This document shows positions 6,973 to 13,148 of a stretch of 13,148 nucleotides of DNA, piece by piece; positions within the stretch are counted from its first letter, which is position 1, and the number at the start of each line of letters is the position of its first letter. The notes beneath the pieces are model-generated. The model saw only the letters and a program-made list of their open reading frames with translations. It was not told where the DNA came from and searched no databases. Origin of the DNA: an uncultured Polyangiaceae bacterium. Its GTDB lineage: Bacteria > Myxococcota_A > Polyangia > Polyangiales > Polyangiaceae. Location of the stretch: the NCBI GenBank assembly GCA_964236865.1, contig CAXSGJ010000030.1:51919-65066 (forward strand), in the 5' to 3' direction. Position numbers and translations under genes: made by a program.

Positions 6973-7387
6973 GTTGACCTCGGCTCTCCGCGCGCGGCTT
7001 GGTCTTCGCGTAGCGCTCTAACAGACGCTTGCCCTTGGCGGCTAGCCGGGCTGCCGCGGCGGCTGTCTTCGGAACCGGCTCGCCCCAAGCGTGGGCCGAA
7101 AGAGCAAGGCGCGTGGGTTCGCCCTGGGCATCGAGCATCGGGCCGCGCGGGTTCGCGAAGTGACGGCGCAAAAATGAGCCTTTGCGCCTGAGCTTGTCCG
7201 GCGTGTCCGCGGCGCCCTTCACGCCGGGCTTCAAGTGCGCGCCTTCTTTGTCCGCGAAATATTGGCGGCCGGCGTTGGTGAGTCCGCCCTTCGGATCTTT
7301 GCGTGACGCAGTCCGCCCCACGCGGGCTTTCGACGCGCGCACACCGCGCGTCGAAGAGGCTGTCTTTTTGCTCGCTTTGGTAACCAT
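6962..7387 (-). CDS. 141-aa basic hypothetical protein
   Basis: The internal ATG at 7387 is preferred over the ORF-track start at 7462 because GGAGG sits 3 nt upstream (minus strand ...ctacGGGGAGGcgATG). Motifs 'DPKGGLTNAGRQYF', 'LKPGV', 'RRKGSFLRRHF' and 'GEPTRLALSAHAWG' resemble a small conserved family I associate with phage and bacterial hypothetical proteins. That link is unverified. Confidence 0.6.
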   Translation of the reverse strand: MVTKASKKTASSTRGVRASKARVGRTASRKDPKGGLTNAGRQYFADKEGAHLKPGVKGAADTPDKLRRKGSFLRRHFANPRGPMLDAQGEPTRLALSAHAWGEPVPKTAAAAARLAAKGKRLLERYAKTKPRAESRGQRGR

Positions 7388-7465
7388 CGCCTCCCCGTAG
7401 CGAGACTCATGCCAAGCGCAGGCGCCGTCTAAGTACGCTGCCTGTGACCACGCCAGGATCACACG

Positions 7466-8272
7466 CTACATGTGGGGGGCGCCCGCATCCGTAATTTCTG
7501 TCGGGGGTTTGGGGATACAGAACGTGGCGTTCAGCAATTGAAACTTCAGGCCGCTGGCGGCGGACGCTCGTTGCACCTTCCCGCGCGCGATCACGGTTTG
7601 ACCGTTGGCAGGCATGCTGCAGCACATCGCCGAGTCGTCGCCGGTGCACGTGTTGCCGGGCAACGCGACGGCTTCCGGCCTGCCGTCGAGCACGATGTTC
7701 ATCATGAGCGCGTGGCAGCAGGCGCCGGGAGCACACTTTTGACTGCCGGGCGGCCGCGCTGGCGTGAGCGCGAGTGGACCTTGGACCGCCACCATTTGGC
7801 CGACATGCTTGTCCGCATTGTACTGCAGCTGTCCCCATTCCTCCGCGATCACACCGGCCTCACAGTCCGGGATGGCGGTCGGTGCCTTCGCGCATTTGCG
7901 GTGCACCTGGCAGGAGCTGTTCCAACTCACCGCGGCCGCGGGCTGCGCCGCGCGAGCAGCCAGTGCCTCCGCTGCCTCTTGCTCCGCTTCGTCCAACTTA
8001 TCGGGTTTGTGCGCCGCGACCTCGGGATGACCTTGGGGCATGGTCGGATGGCCAGGCGCAGCGGCCGCGCTCGTCATGGCCGACGGGGCCAGGTCCTGGT
8101 TCCAGTCGCGGTGCGTCAACGCAGGTTTGACGGGGCCTTCTGCTTTTGATTTGCACCCGACCATGAGCAGCGCCGCGTAGGCTGAGCCGGCCAGCAGCGC
8201 GCGCGCAGATCTCGCGCTGCACCGCGCGAAAGCTGATGCAGAACCGAAGCTTACCCAAGTCACGCTGTTCAT
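7466..8272 (-). CDS. Cys-rich putative lipoprotein with a His/Met-rich segment; function unknown
   Basis: Signal peptide plus lipobox 'ALLAGSAYAALLMVGC|KSK'. The segment 'GHPTMPQGHPEVAAHKP' is followed by an Ala/Glu-rich helix. The C-terminal domain has 10 Cys, including two CC doublets ('GACCHALMM', 'SAMCCSMP'). Confidence 0.7.
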   Translation of the reverse strand: MNSVTWVSFGSASAFARCSARSARALLAGSAYAALLMVGCKSKAEGPVKPALTHRDWNQDLAPSAMTSAAAAPGHPTMPQGHPEVAAHKPDKLDEAEQEAAEALAARAAQPAAAVSWNSSCQVHRKCAKAPTAIPDCEAGVIAEEWGQLQYNADKHVGQMVAVQGPLALTPARPPGSQKCAPGACCHALMMNIVLDGRPEAVALPGNTCTGDDSAMCCSMPANGQTVIARGKVQRASAASGLKFQLLNATFCIPKPPTEITDAGAPHM

Positions 8273-8399
8273 CTCGCCCGGAAGTTAGCCGGTCGGCTTC
8301 CAGCCGCAAGTGCCGGCGCCGAAAATCGCCTGGAGCGCGCCGGGCTCTTCGGCTAAGCCTGAACCGCCGTGCCGCGCCGGTAAGCGGTCAGCGAGCCCC

Positions 8400-11300
8400 A
8401 TGCCCCTTTCCGCATTTCACGTGGCCGTGCAGCGCTGGTTCAGCGAACGGCTAGGGGAGCCCACGCGACCGCAGCGCGAGGGTTGGCCTGCAATCCGCGA
8501 CGGTAAGCACACGCTCATCGCGGCGCCCACCGGCTCGGGCAAAACCTTAGCCGCATTCCTGTCTGCGTTGGATGAGCTATTGACGCGGGGTGGCGCGCTC
8601 GAGGCGAGCACCCAGGTGCTGTATATCTCGCCGTTGAAGGCTCTCGCCAGCGACATACACAAGAATCTCGAGGCGCCTCTGGCCGAGATCCGTGCGCTCG
8701 ACCCGAGCCTGCCCGAGCTGCGCGTTGCCGTGCGTACCGGCGACACCTCAGCCAAGAGCCGGGCCTCCATGAGCAAGCGCCCGCCGCATATTCTGGTCAC
8801 TACCCCAGAATCTGCCTATATCTTGCTGACCAGCGAGGGCGGGCGGCAGATGCTGAGCACCGTGCGCACGGTGATCGTGGACGAGATCCACGCCTTGGCG
8901 CGCGACAAACGCGGCTCCCACTTGGCCCTCACGCTCGAACGCCTGGATGCGCTCACGGGCTGCCCGGTGCAGCGGATCGGTCTGTCCGCCACGCAGAAAC
9001 CGATCGAAGAGGTCGCGCAGTTTCTGGTCGGCGTGGGTCGCGAGTGCGTGCTCGTCGACGCCGGGCATCTGCGCACGATCGACCTAGGCATCGAGCTGCC
9101 GCTTTCACCGCTGACCGCGGTGTGCTCGCACGAGGTATGGGACGAAATCTACGAGCGTATCGCGGTGCTAATCCGCGAGCATCGGACCACGTTGGTGTTC
9201 GTCAACACGCGCAAGATGGCGGAGCGTGTTGCGGCTCGGCTAGGGACTCGCCTGGGGGCGGCAGAGGTTGCCTGCCACCACGGCAGCCTGGCGGCGCCAC
9301 GCCGGCACGACGCGGAGCAACGCCTCAAAGGGGGGCAGCTGAAAGTGCTGGTCGCCACTGCGTCACTCGAGCTCGGCATCGACATCGGGGACGTCGACTT
9401 GGTGCTGCAAATTGGCGCTTCCCGCTCCATCGCCACGCTGCTCCAGCGCGTGGGTCGCGCCGGTCACGGGGTGCAGCGCACGCCGAAAGGCCGCATGTTC
9501 CCGCTGACCTTGGACGAGCTGGTCGAGGCGGCCGCGCTCGTACGCAGTATCCGCGCCGGCACGCTGGATCGCACGCCGCAGCCCGGGCGTCCGCTCGACA
9601 TTTTGGCCCAGCAGATCGTAGCCGCTTGCGTGGCGGAGACTTGGGACGAGGCGCTCTTGTTCCAGATGCTGCGGCGCGCTTGGCCGTACCGTGAGCTCAC
9701 CCGTAGCGACTTCGACGAAGTCGTGAAGATGCATACCGAAGGGCGTTGGGCGCTGCTGCACCGCGACGGCATCGGCCAGCGGCTTCGGGCCACGCGGCGC
9801 GCGCGCTTGACGGCTATCACGTCGGGCGGCGCCATCGCGGACAACGCCGACTACCAAGTGATCCTCGATCCGGAAGGCACGCTCGTCGGCACGCTGAACG
9901 AGGACTTCGCGATCGAGTCGAACGGCGGAGACATTTTCCAGTTGGGCACGGCTTCCTGGCGGATTCTGCGCGTCAGCGGCGGCGTGGTGCGCGTGGCGGA
10001 CGCGCAGGGCTCGCCGCCCACGATCCCCTTTTGGCTCGGTGAAGCACCGGCGCGCACCCGCGAGCTATCGCATGAAATTTCGCGCGTACGCGAGCACGCT
10101 GCGGTCGATCCGCGACTCATGGCGGACGACATTGGCGACGCCGCCGCGCGGCAGCTCTCGGAATATGCGTCAGCTGGCGTGAGCGTGCTGGGCGTCGTGC
10201 CCACGCAAAGTCGCGTCGTTTTGGAACGCTTCTTCGACGAGAGCGGCGGCATGCAGCTCGTGTTGCACGCGCCCTTTGGCGGCCGCATCAATCGCGCTTG
10301 GGGCCTCGCCTTGCGCAAGCGTTTCTGTCGCGGTTTTGGCTTCGAGCTGCAAGCGGCGGCCAATGAAGAGGCGATCGTGCTGTCGCTTGGCCCGCAGCAC
10401 AGCTTCCCGCTCGAGGAAGTGTTCGATTACCTGAATCCAGAGACGGCAGAGGCGCTTTTGGTCCAAGCGCTCTTGCCGGCGCCAATGTTCAAGACGCGCT
10501 GGCGCTGGAACGTGTCCCGCGCCTTGCTGGTGGAGCGCATGCGCGGGGGTAAGCGCACGCCACCGCCGCTCGTCCGCATGCGCGCCGATGATCTACTAGC
10601 TGCGAGCTTTCCCGCGGCGGTGGCCTGCGGCGAAACCCTGCCGCCCGGCGACATCGAAGTGCCCATGGATCACCCCTTGGTGCGGCAAACCGTCTTCGAT
10701 TGTTTGAACGAAGCCATGGATATCGAGGGATTTTTGGCGGTATTACGCGGCTTGCGCGATGGCAGCATCGAGCGCGTCGCGATTGACTCCCCCGCGCCCT
10801 CGGTGTTCGCGCACGGCATCCTGGCGGCCCAGCCGTACACATTTTTGGACGACGCCCCGCTCGAGGAGCGCCGCACTCAAGCGGTGCTCAGCCGTCGCAC
10901 GCTGGACGTAAAGTCTGCCGACGAGCTCGGCGCGCTCGACCCCGAGGCCATCCGCCGCGTCCGCGAGGAAGCCTGGCCCGCGCCGACCTCCGCGGAAGAG
11001 GTGCACGAAGCGCTGCTTTGGATGGGCTATGCAACCGTCGAAGAAGCGCAACCCTGGTCGGGTTGGATGCAAGAGCTCGCCAGCACGGGCCGCGTGGAGC
11101 TCGTGGGCGACCGCTACTTTGCTTTCGAGGCACCGCGCGAGCCGAAGGAAGTGTGGCGCGGTCGTCTGGAAGCGCTCGGGCCCGTGTCCAGCGACGACCC
11201 GCTGCTGTTCGAGCTCGAGAGTGAAGGCTGTGTCCTGCGTGGGCGCTTCGAGGGCCGCGCTGGTTGGTGCAGTCGGCGCCTGCTTTCACGCATTCACCGT

Positions 11301-12266
11301 TACACGCTGGAGGGTCTCAGAAAGGAGATTGAGCCCGTGACCGGCGTGGAATTCCTTCGCTTTCTAGCCTCCTGGCAACACCTGGACTCCGATAAGAAGC
11401 TCGACGGACCGCGCGGCGTGCTGGAAGTGATCCGCAAGCTTTCTGCATTCGAGGTGCCGGCGCTGGCCTGGGAGGCGAGCGTGCTGCCGGCCCGCGTCCG
11501 CGGCTACAAACGAGAATGGCTGGACGAGCTCACGCTGTCGGGAGAGGTCGTTTGGGGAAGGCTATGGGGTAGCGGCGCGGCGCCCATTCGCAGTACGCCG
11601 GTGTGCCTCGTCCCGCGCGATCACCTGGAGTCTTGGCTTGGCCTATCCCACGCCCCGCCGGCCTCCGAGTTCGGCCATGCCGCACGGCTCATTCATGGCT
11701 TGCTCGCCGCGCGCGGCGCCATGTTTGCGCAAGGCCTACAGCGCGCATCCGAGCTGCACATGGATGAGCTCGACGAAGGCTTGGCGGAGCTCATCGCGCG
11801 CGGCCTCGTCACCTGCGACTCGTTCAGCGGTTTGCGGTCGCTGCTGCTCAGCCCGTCCAAGCGCCGTTCCGCTGTAAAGTCGGCCGGGCGCTGGAGCCTG
11901 CTGCGCCAGGAGGCGCCTACGGCACCAGCGGCGGAATTTGTCGCGCGTCAATTATTGCAACGCACCGGCGTCGTGTTTCGAAAGACCGTCGCGCGCGAGA
12001 AGCAGCCGTTGCCCTGGCGCGACTTGCTGCGCGTGCTGCGCACCCTCGAGGCGCGCGGTGAAGTGCGCGGGGGTCGCTTCGTAGCCGGCTTCGACGGCGA
12101 GCAGTACGCCCTGCCCGAAGCCGTCGCCTTGCTCCGCGCCGTGCGTCGCCGCGGCCCGGGCGAGCCGCTCCACGCATCCGCCGCCGATCCGCTAAATTTT
12201 CGCGGGATCCTCACGCCCGACGAGCGCGTCTCCCCGCTGTCCCGTCAAAAGGTGCTGGTCGCCTAG
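8400..12266 (+). CDS. lhr: Lhr-family large ATP-dependent DExH helicase (long form)
   Basis: Motifs: 'LIAAPTGSGKTLAAFL' (from nt ~8523), 'VIVDEIHAL' (nt ~8871), 'GLSATQ', 'HHGSL', 'LVATASLELGIDIG', 'LQRVGRAGH'. These are followed by a long Lhr-type extension ('FQLGTASWRILRV', 'RGEVRGGRFVAGFDGEQYALPEAV'). The ATG at 8400 ('MPLSAFHVAVQRWF') is preferred over the GTG at 8310, because it gives the usual ~40-aa lead-in to motif I and leaves 127 bp for divergent promoters. Confidence 0.88.
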   Translation: MPLSAFHVAVQRWFSERLGEPTRPQREGWPAIRDGKHTLIAAPTGSGKTLAAFLSALDELLTRGGALEASTQVLYISPLKALASDIHKNLEAPLAEIRALDPSLPELRVAVRTGDTSAKSRASMSKRPPHILVTTPESAYILLTSEGGRQMLSTVRTVIVDEIHALARDKRGSHLALTLERLDALTGCPVQRIGLSATQKPIEEVAQFLVGVGRECVLVDAGHLRTIDLGIELPLSPLTAVCSHEVWDEIYERIAVLIREHRTTLVFVNTRKMAERVAARLGTRLGAAEVACHHGSLAAPRRHDAEQRLKGGQLKVLVATASLELGIDIGDVDLVLQIGASRSIATLLQRVGRAGHGVQRTPKGRMFPLTLDELVEAAALVRSIRAGTLDRTPQPGRPLDILAQQIVAACVAETWDEALLFQMLRRAWPYRELTRSDFDEVVKMHTEGRWALLHRDGIGQRLRATRRARLTAITSGGAIADNADYQVILDPEGTLVGTLNEDFAIESNGGDIFQLGTASWRILRVSGGVVRVADAQGSPPTIPFWLGEAPARTRELSHEISRVREHAAVDPRLMADDIGDAAARQLSEYASAGVSVLGVVPTQSRVVLERFFDESGGMQLVLHAPFGGRINRAWGLALRKRFCRGFGFELQAAANEEAIVLSLGPQHSFPLEEVFDYLNPETAEALLVQALLPAPMFKTRWRWNVSRALLVERMRGGKRTPPPLVRMRADDLLAASFPAAVACGETLPPGDIEVPMDHPLVRQTVFDCLNEAMDIEGFLAVLRGLRDGSIERVAIDSPAPSVFAHGILAAQPYTFLDDAPLEERRTQAVLSRRTLDVKSADELGALDPEAIRRVREEAWPAPTSAEEVHEALLWMGYATVEEAQPWSGWMQELASTGRVELVGDRYFAFEAPREPKEVWRGRLEALGPVSSDDPLLFELESEGCVLRGRFEGRAGWCSRRLLSRIHRYTLEGLRKEIEPVTGVEFLRFLASWQHLDSDKKLDGPRGVLEVIRKLSAFEVPALAWEASVLPARVRGYKREWLDELTLSGEVVWGRLWGSGAAPIRSTPVCLVPRDHLESWLGLSHAPPASEFGHAARLIHGLLAARGAMFAQGLQRASELHMDELDEGLAELIARGLVTCDSFSGLRSLLLSPSKRRSAVKSAGRWSLLRQEAPTAPAAEFVARQLLQRTGVVFRKTVAREKQPLPWRDLLRVLRTLEARGEVRGGRFVAGFDGEQYALPEAVALLRAVRRRGPGEPLHASAADPLNFRGILTPDERVSPLSRQKVLVA

Positions 12267-12270
12267 CGCG

Positions 12271-12304
12271 GTCGATTGGCGTCGGCGAACGCCGGCCAAT
12301 CGGC
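12271..12304. terminator. Strong GC-rich hairpin between the convergent lhr and hydrolase genes
   Basis: cgattggc (12273-12280) pairs with gccaatcg (12295-12302). An inner cggc/gccg stem follows a 2-nt bulge and closes a GAAC loop. No U-tract; it could act bidirectionally. Confidence 0.35.
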
Positions 12305-12339
12305 GGTCGAACTTGTGGGGGTGCTCCTGCGCGGCGTGG

Positions 12340-13143
12340 TCAGCGTGGTGGCGACAGAAACTCGCTCACCGCGGCGGCGAAGGCGGCGGGGGCCGTGAGC
12401 ATGGCCATGTGCTGTTGACCATCCAGCACCACTGCGCGCGCGTTGGGCAAGCGCGCGGTGAGGGTTTGGGCGCCAGCAATCATGCGCCGTGGGCTCGCGC
12501 CACCGGTCAACATCAACGTCGGCAGGCCCACGCTGGCGAGATCGGCCCAATCGAGCGAGAACGCGCGTTGTACGCGTGAATCGTAAGACAGCGTGTGCGC
12601 GAGCACGCTCACCATTTGGCTCCACGCCGGGCCGCTCCGCATCGCTTGCAGATCGCTTTCGGTAGTGCGCGGGCCCTCGCGAAAGAAGGTCTCCACTGCC
12701 AGCTCCCGCTGACCCGCTGCCAGCAGCGCGTCCAGGCGCTCCGGCAAATCCTCCGCGATGCGATCGGCCGCGTCGAAGAAGACCGGCGGCTCATAGGCGA
12801 TGAGCCGTTCGAGCTTGTCGGGGTGACGCGCAGCAACCTGAAGGGAGAGAAGCGCGCCGGACGAATGACCGAGCAGGTCGAGGGGACCCGGAATCGCTCT
12901 CAATAATGCTAAAATGTCTTCCAACTCGCGCTCGGGCGCATAGAGCGGGCTATCGCCGCTATTGCCTCGACCGCGTCGATCCATGACGTACACACAGCGT
13001 TCGCGCGCGAGTACCTGCACGGTGCTCGTCCACAGGCGCGCTCCGAACAAAGCGCCAGATACGACGACCAAAGCGCGCCCGTCGCCATGACTTTCCGCTG
13101 CGATCGCGGTGCCGTCTGCTGATTCGACGAGGAGCTCTGCCAT
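12340..13143 (-). CDS. Alpha/beta-fold hydrolase
   Basis: 'VYVMDRRGRGNSG' is the typical D.RG.G.S turn. Nucleophile elbow 'LLGHSSGA' (Ser codon at 12862-12864). C-terminal catalytic His context 'VLDGQQHMAML'. Substrate is unknown. Confidence 0.85.
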   Translation of the reverse strand: MAELLVESADGTAIAAESHGDGRALVVVSGALFGARLWTSTVQVLARERCVYVMDRRGRGNSGDSPLYAPERELEDILALLRAIPGPLDLLGHSSGALLSLQVAARHPDKLERLIAYEPPVFFDAADRIAEDLPERLDALLAAGQRELAVETFFREGPRTTESDLQAMRSGPAWSQMVSVLAHTLSYDSRVQRAFSLDWADLASVGLPTLMLTGGASPRRMIAGAQTLTARLPNARAVVLDGQQHMAMLTAPAAFAAAVSEFLSPPR

Positions 13144-13148
13144 GGTTT

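Noticed and set aside
6425-7021. 198-aa + strand ORF whose C-terminal part is Phe/Leu-rich and looks membrane-like ('PGFFFLARFAGRLLAFLG...FFRLLMLLTSEFFFLAA')
   Set aside because: It is the mirror image of the Lys-rich minus-strand frame (TTT = complement of AAA). It uses TTG/TTT codons that are atypical for this genome. It overlaps the 3' half of the lipoprotein gene and has no plausible internal start with an RBS.
6651-7088. 145-aa minus-strand ORF in the third frame across the AT-rich patch
   Set aside because: It overlaps both the lipoprotein 3' end and the two better-supported minus-strand genes. Its start has no RBS and the translation is low-complexity Arg/Ser-rich.
7439-7455. Sigma54-like element on the minus strand (TGGCGT-N5-CAGGCA) upstream of the 141-aa gene
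   Set aside because: The GG-to-GC spacing is 11 nt instead of the invariant 10, and the -12 element lacks TTGC.
8358-8374. GTTCAGG (minus strand) upstream of lhr, considered as the 3' half of a Myxococcus-type LexA box (remembered as CTRHAMRYBYGTTCAGS)
   Set aside because: The preceding 10 nt (cggcacggcg) fail the CTRHAMRYBY part at most positions.
1-13148. Scan for CRISPR arrays, tRNA/rRNA genes, IS elements or integrases, and toxin-antitoxin or known defence-system signatures
   Set aside because: I found no spaced direct-repeat arrays, no cloverleaf-like or rRNA-like segments, and no transposase, integrase or nuclease hallmark motifs in any long ORF. The two helicases look like housekeeping RecQ and Lhr rather than defence modules.

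Overview
High-GC (visually about two-thirds G+C) chromosomal segment that looks myxobacterial: it encodes a protein combining 'Myxococcus cysteine-rich repeats' (CGDG..E.CDDGN..DGCS..C) with a fibro-slime domain. I support nine protein-coding genes and found no rRNA, tRNA, CRISPR array, transposase or integrase. In order: recQ (+, 5' end may lie off-window); a secreted Cys-repeat/fibro-slime protein (+); a hybrid sensor histidine kinase (-); a Pro-rich lipoprotein with a single CxxCH motif (+); a three-gene minus-strand string (Cys-rich lipoprotein, 141-aa basic protein, 60-aa Lys-rich mini-protein in an AT-rich patch with A7/A8/A9 tracts); a long Lhr-type DExH helicase (+); and an alpha/beta hydrolase (-). 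The main finding is the kinase's N-terminal three-helix membrane module. It aligns almost gaplessly with the Cu(I)-dependent ethylene-binding domain of plant ETR1, with the Cys65/His69 ligand pair conserved as C-G-L-T-H. The gene is therefore a candidate bacterial ethylene receptor with EBD-PAS-HisKA-HATPase-REC architecture. Everything here comes from reading the sequence and remembered family motifs; no database search was possible.
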